The notes below the pieces were generated by a model. It ran no database searches and was not told where the DNA came from. It worked only from the letters and a program-made list of their open reading frames with translations. A program made the translations under genes and the position numbers. A stretch of 43,696 nt of DNA from Chiloscyllium plagiosum (lineage: Eukaryota). Positions 1 through 11,500 of this stretch are shown here, piece by piece (position 1 is the stretch's first letter; each line of letters begins with the position of its first letter). The stretch is taken from assembly GCF_004010195.1 (NCBI RefSeq), contig NC_057719.1, positions 51,865,583-51,909,278 of the forward strand, given 5' to 3'.

Positions 1-619
1 CTACAAACACTGCCCCAGGTTAAATTAATAGCTATGGCTTATATTTTAAGTTTAATCAAGAGACTTATCTCCAAAAACATATAATCAAGAAAGAATCAAC
101 TATACTCACAACTGCAGCCTTTCTCTTGGACAGACTTAAAACGACAATTAACTTATCTGATTCTGTGCTGTGAACTTCACCCAACAGTTCCTCCAAGATT
201 AGTTATGAATTTCACTGTTTGTTAATTTTCCCAGATGCACTCCGATGTCCAGCGATACACGAAATCAAACAGCAAAGGCAGTAACTGTGCAGGTTTTGTT
301 GCTAACTTATACCTGTTGTGCCAACTTTACGACTGTGCTAACTAGGAATTTAACACTCTTTTTGCATGACTTCAAGTTTAAAGGCAGATTGCTCATCAAT
401 GGAAATATTGATAAATTTTTCCAATTATGTACCTGATAATTCAAAAGACTTTGGGAGAAGAAATTGTTCCACATCTCCATGTTACATGAGTGACCCTTTT
501 AATTCTGAAACCACACTTCTTAGTTCTAGATTGTACCAGAAGGAGAAACATCCTGTCAAGCCTCTACCCAATCAAGATCCTTCAGAACTCCAATGAATAG
601 CCAGGAAGATCAGATGCAG

Positions 620-1690
620 TGTCATGCTCTGAACTAGATGGAGCTGTTGTTAAACTCTGATCCTGGCCTAAAGCATCGCTGGTCTCAATTGCCGGAGCTG
701 TGCTCCAGTGGGTACATCATAGATCCCCATGTTGTGAAGTGGGATTTCATTGGGCCCCTCGTGATGTCCAGGCTTTTGGGGCTGGGGGATCTTATCTCCT
801 TCCCCACCTTGCTACTTTGCCTGTTCATTTACCTATGGCCCTCCTCATATATGTCTTTGATGGAGGAGAGGCTGCTGGTGTGTCCTTGCTGCGGTTCCCT
901 TTTTTCACTGTGTTGTGAGCCTGTGGTAGCTCTACCTGGTCTATAATTTTTCATTGAGGTTTCTCCTCACCACCCTCTACCTGCCCTGCTCATCTGTCTG
1001 TTTCCGCCTCCTCCTCCTCCAGTGACTCCAGTATTTTCAAGTGTAGGTGGAGTCTGAGATCCCTCCCTGCAGTGTCCTCCTGTCCTTTTTCACCAGCCTT
1101 GCCCTCCTTCTGACTGACCATTTCCTCAGTTGCTTTATCGGAGGATGGTACCTTACTGTCCTTTTGGGAACCACTGTTTGCAGTGCCACTTTTCGACATT
1201 CGAGGGTATGTGGCCCCCATCTTGGGCAGGAGTTGTACAGTTGACCTGCAGCACATTTTCCAGCACTCAGTTTCCTTACAGTTTGTAGTCAGGTGTCCCT
1301 CCTGTTTGCAATTCCTGCAGTCAGTGGCCATGTGTCCTAATCTCCTGCTGGTTCAGCATGCTCTGGGCTGCCCGAAGACCAGAAATAACCATGACTCTCT
1401 CCAATTGTGAAGGTGGAAGGTGAGTGAAGGATGTTCTCACTAGTGGCCACCTTCAGGGTCACCTTGACTCGGCGCTTGCTGGTCCATATTCCAAAAGGAT
1501 CTTAAACGTCGGTGCTACCTCCTTCCAACTGAACATACCTTCCCAGAAAGGTGAGGACCTCAGCCATCAGGACATGGGAGTTGTACTTATAGATTGTAAC
1601 AACACAGCTTCACTGTACTGGGGGAATTAACAGAGACGTCACAGACAGGATACAAAGGAGGCCCTCACCCCTGTTTACTTCCATCACCTT
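620..1690 (-). mobile_element. Tx1-clade LINE ORF1 remnant (ZCCHC3-like zinc knuckles)
   Basis: YNSHVLMAEVLTFLGRYV...DPFGIWTSKRRVKVTLK and CRNCKQEGHLTTNC knuckle; stops and frameshifts; boundaries approximate. Confidence 0.7.
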
Positions 1691-1756
1691 CAAGGGAAGA
1701 TGTCTGCATTGCTTTACACTCCAGATGGCTATGCTGAATTATTTCCTGCTTGCAAT

Positions 1757-2840
1757 AAATAATTTCTTTTTATTTCAAAAATATACTTTATTTATAAAAT
1801 TATTTGGATCTCTTTACAATTAGTCATGCCATTCTTGTGCACACATTACATTGCTTTACATACAGACATCGACATTTATTTTTCCTATATACAAGTCTGT
1901 ACATTTACTATCCAGCTCTTCTGCTGAGGTGTGAGCAGAGCCCAAATAACTGAGTGGCCCCCTTGTTCTTTGGCAGGCAGATGTTACACGGTGGTCTTTC
2001 ACCACCGCGCCTTGGCGGCAGCTTCCCCAAGCTTCAATGCGTCCCTCAACACGTAGTCCTGGACCTTGGAATGTGCCAGTCTGCAGCACTCAGTCGGGGT
2101 CAACTTCTTCAGCTGGAAGATCAACAGATTTCGGACCGCCCAAAGAGCGTCTTTCACCGAGTAGATGATACTCCAGTCACAGTTGATGTTTGTCTCGGTG
2201 TGCATCCGGGGAACAGACTGTACAGCACGGACTCCTGCGTCACGGCGTTTCTCGGGACGAACCTCGACAAACACCACTGCATTCCTCTCCAGACTTCTGC
2301 ATAGGCACATTCCAGAAGGAGGTGTGTGATAGTCTCGTCCCCCCTGCAGCCACTTCGAGGGCAGCGTGCAGTACGGCAGAGAGTCTGGGCCTGTATAAAG
2401 GATCTCACAGGCAGAGCCCTTCTCACCACCAGCCAAGCCATGTCTTGGTGCTTGTTGGAAAGTTCTGGCGATGAGGCATTCTGCCAAATGGTTTTGACAG
2501 TCTGCTCAGGGAACCGCTCGATAGGATCCGCCCTCTCCTTTTCCCGAAGGGTCTCAAGGGCACTACATGCTGACCACTTCCTGATGGACTTGTGGTCAAA
2601 GGTGTTTTTCTTCATAAACTTCTCCACGAAGGACAGGTGATATGGAACAGTCCAACTACTTGGAGAGTTCTGCGGCAGCGAGGCCAGACCCATCCTTTGC
2701 AACACCGGGGACAGGTAGAACCTCAGTACGTAGGATCCACGCACAGCTTGATGCAGCCACACACAAAGGTGGCCATCAGGGTGAGGGTGACATTGGGCAT
2801 GTTTTTCCCCCGTTACCCAGATGTTTATACATCGGTCCAT
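1757..2840 (-). mobile_element. Tx1-clade LINE 3' fragment (ORF2 C-terminal zf-RVT region plus 3' UTR and A-rich tail)
   Basis: WQNASSPELSNKHQDMAWLVVRRALPVRSF, CPRSGCRGDETITHLLLEC; A-rich tail near 1757-1800. Confidence 0.85.
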
Positions 2841-5465
2841 CTTTGATCTCTAATGACTCAAATGACTTTCAACTCAGAAACTAGACTTGATCTGAGCCAA
2901 AAGCCGTAAGTGTAAGATATTTAATAAAAACAGCTAGTTAATTAGGGAAAACTAGCACGTGAATTCTGACTGACTGGGTGTGTATCTCTTGTCTGTTCTG
3001 TTGACTGAAGTTTTTCTTCTTTCTCTTTTCCTCTTGCTGTGAGCCAGACTGATTAAGTTTCTGCTTACTAGCTCTTGCTCGCCACTACCTCAGCATTTGA
3101 TCAATGGTGTTCCTGAGCTCTGACTGTCTTGACAATGCATGAACAGCAGATGAATAGTTAGATGTTTTGAGGCCCATTTTTATTTGGTTTCCTAAGGCTG
3201 ATGGTTAGAAGGCTAATAACATTTTCTTTATCTCCTGATGTTCCCTGAAGTGTCAGTCGCATTGAAAGGACAGAACTTTTTTTTTGTTCTTCAGGAAGAT
3301 GTTTTGTGGGGGTAGGTTTACATGTTTAACAAGTTTTCTCATTAAGATCATTCCATATTCCCATTAACAAATCTCATCACTGTGCTGTACTTGCCCCTTA
3401 TAAGAGATCACTGTCTAGTTAACTTAGTGTTTGATATAGGTAGCAAAGTACTATTATTAGAAGACAGATTTCAAAATACAAGTCATGAGAGATTGCTTCC
3501 AGAACTGAATTCCAATATAATGTTTACATATTTGGGCTACATATTTTAAAAAAATTAAATGTTTCTTCTTAAAACACTAAGTTAAAAATCAAGCCAATTT
3601 AAATCATAAAACTGTGTGGAATCAAACCTAAAGCAGTTCCACTTTAAAGTACCTTTACATTTGTCCCTTAATCAAATGAGTCATAAAAGCAGTTCTTCTC
3701 CAGCATTTATTTATTTTCAAGGCCAAATGACCAGTTTAGCAGAAATGCAGCTAAAAAAGGCCTGTGTGTTGTGATACTGGTGACTTATTGAGCATAATTA
3801 AATAGACCATAATATCAATACTTTGCATGTTTGATCATTACATATAACTAAACTATGACTAATTATTGAAAACTGAATTTAGTGTTAGAGCTGGAGTATT
3901 TATGTAAGCTGGACACACATTTAATTAAAGTTTAAGTTACATGTAGGTGGAACGGTGCAGACCAGTCCAGACTCAGCAAAAAGAGTATTTTGGCCGACCA
4001 GATGACCCAGGTATGCCCTCTTCCTGAGGTCGCCCAAATCATAGCTGTCTCTCTTCAGCCAATTTGATTCACTCTGCAATATCAAGAAATGACTGAAGGC
4101 ACTAGATACAGCACAGGCTATGGACATTTGCAATGTGACAGCTGTAGTATTCAGCATGTGCCCCAGACCTAGCTGTGCCCCAAGGCAGGTTGATAAAGGA
4201 CAATTGACATCTACTGGATAATAATGGAAAATTGTACAGAACCAGTTTTAATTCTTTCAATTTCCACTGCTGTCTTCTTTTTCTACACTACCTTTATCGT
4301 TAATTAGTTAATTCTGACCCATCATTATTCTTCTGCCTTCTTACTCTCCTGCTGTCAGCCCAGACTTGATTTCCCCTTAGGTAAGCCCAGGGCTGTGCCT
4401 CTCTGTGTTTTCCAAGGGTCCACTGGCACACTTGTTACTGCATCCTTGCAATGCAGGCTGCTGCCCCATTCTCTTCACTTGCTGAACTTCCAGTACAATA
4501 ACACTTGTGTTATCTACTTTATACCTAATTTTTCCTGACTTTCTCACTGATTTTATTACCACCTTTCCCACTGTTCCCAGTAGATGAACAATCACTGTCC
4601 TCATTTGTCTTATCCTCTCTTCTCCATCCATCTATTCTCAATCAAGTGTTCTTAACCTGACTAAAGAAGATTGCATTGATTGTAGCTTAACTTGGATGGC
4701 AACATCATGCCTCTTACTGAAACCTCCAACTTTAGTACTTTCTAATATCTACAGAGGAACCTTGATCATCTGGCATTTGATTATCTGAATATCAGAATAT
4801 GCGACAAGATTGCAAGGTCTCGGCAGAACATAGAACATAGAAAAGTACAGCACAGAACAGACCCTTCAGCCCATGATGTTGTTGCAAGGATTATTCCTAA
4901 TCTAAAATAAAATAACCTAATCTACACACCACTCAATTCACTGTTGTTCATTTGCTCATCCAGCAGTCACTTAAATATCCCTAATGACTCTGCGTCCACC
5001 ACCAGCGCTAACAATGCATTCCATGCATTCACAACTCTCTGCGTAAAGAACCTACCTCTGACATCTCTTCTATACCTTCCTCCTAATATCTTAAAACTAT
5101 AACCCCTCAGTCAGTCAGTCAGTCCTGCCCTGGGGAAATGTCTCGGGCTATTGACTCTATCCATGCCTCTCATTACCTTGTACACCTCAATCAGGTCATG
5201 CCTCTTCCTCCTTCTCTCCAGAGAGAAAAGTCTGAGCTTATTCAACCTCCCTTCGTAAGACAAGCCCTCCAGTCCAGGCAGCATCCTAGTAAACCTTCTT
5301 TGCACCCTTTCCAAAGCCTCCGTATCTTTCCTATAATAGAGCAGCCAGAACTGGACACAATATTCCAAGTGTGGTCTCACCAGGGACTTGTAGAGCTGCA
5401 GCAAAACCTCACGGCTCTTAAACTCGATCCCCTGTTAATGAATGCCAAAACACCATATGCTTTCT

Positions 5466-5977
5466 TAAAAACCCTATCAACTTGAGGGATCTATGCATTT
5501 GAACACCAAGTTCCTCCACACTGCCAAGAATCCTATCTTTAATCCTATATGCAGCTATCAAGTTCGACCTTCCAAAACGCATCACTTCGCATGTATCCAG
5601 GTTGAACTCCATCTGCCATTTCTCAGCCCAGCTCTGCATCCTGTCTATGTCACGCTGCAGACTGCAGTAACCCTCGATACAATTGATGGCACCACAACCT
5701 TTGTGTAATCAACAAATTTACTAAAAACCCTATCAACTTGAGGGATCTATGCATTTGAACACCAAGTTCCTCCACACTGCCAAGAATCGTATCTTTAATC
5801 CTATATTCAGCTATCAAGTTCGACCTTCCAAAATGCATCACTTCGCATGTATCCAGGATGAACTCCACCTGCCATTTCTCAGCCCAGCTCTGCATCCTGT
5901 CTATGTCAAGCTGCAGACTGCAGTAACCCTCGATACAATTGACGGCACCACAACCTTTGTGTAATCAACAAATTTAC
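5466..5977. repeat. Tandem duplication, 2 x 256 bp, inside CR1
   Basis: 5466-5721 and 5722-5977 differ at about 7 positions. Confidence 0.92.
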
Positions 5978-6394
5978 TAACCCACCCCTCAACCTCCTCA
6001 TCCAAGTCATTTATAAAAACTACAAAGAGCAGAGACCTAAGAACAGAGCCCTGCAGGATACCACTCACCACTGACCTCAAGGCAGAATACCTTCCATCTA
6101 CAATCACTCTCTGCCTTCTGTCAGCCAACCAATTCTGAATCCAGACAGCCTAATTTCCCTGTATCCCATACCTCCTGACCTTATCAATGAGCCTACTATG
6201 AGGAAGCTTGCAAATGCCTTGCTGAAATCCATATATACCACATCCACTGCTTGACCTTCGTCGACCTGTCTCATCACCTCCTCAAAGAACTCAATAAGAT
6301 TTGTGAGGCATGACCTGCCTCTCACAAAGCCATGCTGACTGCCTTTAATCATGCTATGCTTTTCCAAGTAGTCACAAATCCTATCCCTTAGAAT

Positions 6395-6521
6395 TAAGGG
6401 CTACAGGGAGAATGCGGGTAAGTGGAGTTGAAATGCTCATCAGCCATGGTTGAATGGCGGAGTGGACTCGATGGGCCGAATGGCCTTACTTCCGCTCCTA
6501 TGTCTTATGGTCTTATGGTCT
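6395..6521 (+). mobile_element. Short CR1-type LINE 3' end inserted antisense into the larger CR1
   Basis: gatgggccgaatggccttact stem-loop and (TCTTATGG)n tail. Confidence 0.75.
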
Positions 6522-8514
6522 AACCTTGCTGACTACAGACAGAAGACTGACTGGTCTGTAATTGCCAGGGATTTCCCTATTACCCTTCTTGAAAAGAGGA
6601 ACAACCTTCGCCTCCCTCCAATCCTCCAGTACTACTCCCGGAGAGTGAGGAAACAAAAATCTTCGCCAATGGCTAAGCAACCTCCTTTCTCATTCCTGGA
6701 GCAGCCTCGGATAAATCTGGTCTGGCCCCAGGGACTTATCAATCTTAATGTTTGCCAAAATTTCCAGCACATCAACTTCATCAATCTTAACCTGTTCAAG
6801 CCGGTTTCCCAGCTCCTCAACATGATCCCTTTCCTTAGTGAAAACCGAAGCAAAAAACTCATTTAGAGTTTCCCCGATCTGCTCAGACTCCACGCACAAG
6901 TTCCCTACGCTATCCCTGATCGGCTCTACCTTCTCCCTCATCATTCTCTTAATCCTCACGTATGAGTAAAATGCCTTTGGGTTCTCCCTAATCCTTCCTC
7001 CCAAGCCTTTCTCATGCCCCTTCCTGGCTCTCTTCAGTCCATTTCTAAGCTCCCTTCTAGTAAGCCTGTTATCCTCTAGGTCTGTGCTAATCCTTGCTTC
7101 CTCCACCTTACGTAAGATCTTTCCTCCTTTTGATGAGAAGCTCCTCTGTTCTCATCATCCAAGGCTCCTTAATCTTAACCCTTCTCGCCTGTCTCAGAGG
7201 AACACATTTGTGCATCATTTGCAACAACTGCTCCTTAAACATGTCTGTTGGGCCCCCTTCTGTGGAACAATTGCTCCCAATCTGTACTTCCCAACTCCTG
7301 TCTGATAGCATCATAATTTCCTTTTCCCCAATTAAATATCTTCCCTTGGTAACTGCTCCTTTCCCTCTCCAAGGCTATGGTAAATTTGTGTTCACTGTCA
7401 CAAAGTTTTCTCCCACCGCGAGATCTGACACCTGTCCTGGCTCTTTGCTGAGCACCAAATCCAAAATGGCCTCTCCCCTCATCGGTCTGTCTACAAACTG
7501 AGTAAGGAAACCCTCCTGAACACACCTGACAAAGATGGCTCCATCCAAACCAACTGCACTAAGGAGGTTCCAGTCAATATTTGGAAAGTTGAAGTCACCC
7601 ATAACAACAACCCTGCTACATCTGCATTTTTCCAAGATCTGCTGGCTTACGAGTTCTTCGATCTCCCTACTGCTATTAGGGAGTCTGTAGAAAACCCCCA
7701 ATGAGGAGGTTGCTCTCTTACTGTTCCTAACTTCTGCCCATACTGACTCAGTAGACAAAACTTCCTCAACAACCTTCATTTCTGTAGCTGTGATACACTC
7801 TCTCAATTAGCAATGCTACACCCCCTCCTCTCTTTCCACCCTCCCTGTTCTTTTTAAACATTCTAAACCCTGGAACATCTAGCAATCATTCCTGCCCCTG
7901 TGAAACCCCCGTCTCCGTTATGGCCACAATATCATAGTCCCAAGTACCGATCCATGCTCTAAGTTCATCACTCTTATTTCTGACACTCCTTGCCTTAAAG
8001 CAGACACACTTTAACTGTTCCCTTTGTTTCATCATTTAAAAAAACCTTCCCGATAGATTCACTACATCCTGTCACTGCCCCATCTACAACTAGCCTTTTC
8101 AGATACGTAGCTCTGGTTGCCACTCCCTTGCCAAACTAGTTTGGATGCTCAGCTAACCTATGTTATCCAGCATTCTAATATCCGGAATTCAATGATCCGA
8201 ATGAAATACTCCCCGCTCATGTCCTTTGGATAATCAGTGCTCCTCTGTACATCAATCCCATGGTAGTCTGGATGGAGTAGTTCCTTGCCACAGTTTTCAC
8301 ATCTTGGATTTTTCCCATTTCCAGGATTTTTCGGATAAGAAATATCACAAAGGGCAGTTTCGTTTCTCTCTTCCCTTCCTCTACCAGGAGAAGGTCTACT
8401 GCCGATGGGGTTGAGATATTGTATTGGTATAGAAGTGAAACCTGATACCTCTCCTTATCCAGCCAAAGTTAATATGCAGGTAGTTTGGTGACTCACAGTG
8501 CTTCTAAATCTTAC

Positions 8515-8586
8515 CGTAGTTGTTCTTCTTTATCAAACTTGTGCAGGTATTTTTGGAACTCTCCATTCAGAAACTCCATAGTATCC
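8515..8586 (-). CDS. CCDC175: CCDC175-like coding exon (72 nt, phase 2 to 2)
   Basis: Acceptor ttaatttggtttag, donor gtaag; encodes DTMEFLNGEFQKYLHKFDKEEQLR. Confidence 0.8.
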
Positions 8587-11500
8587 CTAAACCAAATTAA
8601 AATTTTAATACTTTATTAAACATTCACTGTAATTATTAGAAAAAGTATTTCATGTCAAATTACTTCCAATACATTATCAAAATGGTTAATGATTTAAATG
8701 CTCCATCTAGTTTGGACTGTAAGTATAAGGAATGCAAATTAATCAAAAGGAAAATTTCATCTTTGGGGTTTTTGATAAGTGGAGGACTTGAGACTGTTAC
8801 CTGGTAGCTGATACAAAAGACCAAGCAAATCAAATGTTGATATAGTTACCAGATAGATTAATTGTGAATGTTTCTCTCAGCGTGAAGAAGACTAATAGAC
8901 TCAGCCCAACAATGGTCAGTTTATGCAGTTGCAAAGGAGCATACTAACTTTGTTTGATTGACATCTTTCCTGATTGTTCATTGAATAGGTTTTTCAATGC
9001 CTGTGTGTTTATTTGGCCAAGATTAAAGAGAGGTAATGTGACTTACAGTGCCTGTGTTTGATTGACAGCTTTATGAAAAGATTGGAAACAGTGGAAATTC
9101 AGATGGTCAGATAAAAATATAAATCTGCACAAGAGATTTGGCTCAAATTTGGAAGATGAAAAGGTAATTAGAAGACAGACAGTACAGGCCCTTCCACATC
9201 CACGAAGCTCCATCAAGTACAGACCCAGTATCCTCAATCCCTCCTCATATGACACGCCCTTCATCCCGGGATAATTCTTGAATGTTTCAGTGAATATGGA
9301 GTCTTGAACAAGCTACTTATTTTGGTCATTCAAAGGATGGCCAGTATTTATTACCATCCTTGTCTTGAGAAGGTATATTCTTGTCTTGGTAAGCTATATT
9401 CCTGAACTGTTGCAGCCCATTTGGAGGTATCCCCACATGCGGCTAGGCAGGGAGTTCCAGGTCTTTGACCCACCAACAACTGAACAACAGCTCCAACAAA
9501 CTGAACTCCATATTTCCATGTCAGGATTGTAAGTGGTTTTAAGACTTCTCCAATTGATTGTCCATCACCATTCAATAGTATTACGCTGGGGGCAGGGGGT
9601 GGAAGGGGAAGGGGGAGGGGGAAGGAGAAGGAGAGGGTTGGTCTCTATTTCAGAACAAGGAGCAAGAAACATTTGTCCATTTCCCTCTTTCTACTCAAAG
9701 GATCAGCAAGGTCTCTCTGGTCACGTCAGGATAATGTACATTTCAATAGTGAACATTTAAGAAAATTACATTTTTGGTTTGGGTTAGACTTAGCAATTTT
9801 GCAGAACTGCAGATTTAAACAGAACTTCAATGTATATTAATGGTGCAGAACAACACATTTAATTCATGTAAATACAGAATATTTAGTAACATTTTATCCC
9901 ATGGTTATTTAGTACATGTTAAACTATCTTACTTGTGCTTCTCTTGAAGAGACATTATCTTTTCTTCAAGTTCTTGGTTTTGCTTTCTTATCTGTGACAA
10001 ATGTTCTTCATTCACAGCAAGCATATCTTTTACTGCAGCTAACCTGGAATGTTAAACACATTGACATACAATAGCTTGGTGGAAATTATTGGGTATTGCT
10101 AAAAAAGAACGCATACTGTCAGAACTTCTTGTATGATACTCAACAGGATTATTCACAAGACACACCAACATAAAACGAGAACAACATTTATACTCTGGGT
10201 ATAGGTTTGCTCGCTGAATTGGAAGGTTTGTTTTCAGACACGTCATCACCACACTAGGTAACATAATCAGTGAGCCTCCAGATGAAGCACTGGTGATATG
10301 GCCCGCTTTCTATTTATGTTTTCGGTTTCCTTGGGTTGTAAACACATAAATAGAAAGCGACCTATACCACCAGTGCTTCATGTGGAGGCTCACTGATGAT
10401 GTTATCTAGTATGGTGATTAAGCTTCTGAAAACGAATCTTCCAGCTCAGCGAGCAAACCTACATCCAGAACCTCAACCTGAGCTACAAATCTTCTCAAAA
10501 CTTGCTAACATTTATACTATTTGATTGGTTTTGATTGGCTGTGAAGTAGATTCTGACATTGCTATGGAACATGCACCATTTTGATGATAACTGACAGTTA
10601 ACTGCTACACTCTGTTTGAATTTTGAACAAATCAGGTCAAAGCAAGCCCTGAGAAATTAACTGATATATTTCTTGAGTTGAAATAGGCCCATTGTACATA
10701 AATGTTCTTTCTGCCTACAAAGAACAGAGGTCTGTCAATTAATATATTTAGCTTTCAGTACATTCAAGTATTTGTTATTTTCTGTACAGGTTCTTGTCTG
10801 CATTGCTAAGAAAGGTCTACTAGTTCACATAGCATGTAATCTATTTTGAAAGAAAGATCTGTATTTTTACAATGATTTTCATATCCACCGAATATCTCAA
10901 AACAGTGAACATAGTGAAACACTTTTTGAAGTGTCATTTTGTAATGTCAAAAATGTGATACTTGTAATTCATGTTGTTTGTGAAAGTTTACAGTATGTAA
11001 TAATGACTAGATAATGTAGCTTTGTGATGTCCATTGAGTGATAAATATTGCCCAGGACACACAGGATAATTCCATTGCTCTGCTGCAATACGGTAAAGTA
11101 AAGGTAACGTCTCCATGGTCCTACCGGATTATAGGCTGGTCTCTTGATAGAGAGAGAGATGACTGCCAGTGATTTAACCTGAGGATCATCATGCCTCAGG
11201 TGAGGGAGAAGTTGAGATGGAGTGTCCTTCATGGTAACTCAGTTGGTGTTGGAATTGAACCCATACTATTGACATCACTCTGCATTGCAAAACAGCTTCT
11301 AGCCAACTGAGTTAACTGACATCCATTCAGAGTAGTGCACTCGATCTTATATATCTAGCTGAACAGGCAGGTAGGTCTTGATTTACTACCGCTCACAAAA
11401 AGGAACACTTTATTCCTTCTTCATTGTCCTGAAGTGTCAACCATGGTTTTTGTGTTCAAGTCCTAGAGTGAGACTTGAACCCAGAAACCATGCACAGGGT

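Larger units (their letters stand above)
4825..8145 (-). mobile_element. CR1-clade LINE, degenerate ORF2 (APE endonuclease plus RT)
   Basis: GVFYRLPN, MGDFNFPNIDW, ILDLVL, GPDQIYPRLL, QHGFVRGRSCLTNL, YMDFSKAF, LVRPHLEYCVQFW; 3' (TTCTATG)n tail at 4825-4842. Confidence 0.93.
4752..8247. mobile_element. Tc1/mariner-type MITE split by the CR1 insertion (4752-4824 and ~8146-8247)
   Basis: TA-CAGAGGAACCTTGATCATC ... GATAATCAGTGCTCCTCTG-TA imperfect TIRs with TA flanks. Confidence 0.65.

Noticed and set aside
313..432. Possible downstream exon on minus strand with AG/GT ends
   Set aside because: The frame required by the preceding exon (phase 2) hits TGA, and there is no similarity to the expected protein.
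11240..11320. tRNA gene
   Set aside because: A and B boxes are present but there is no proper cloverleaf, and it continues into a SINE body and tail.
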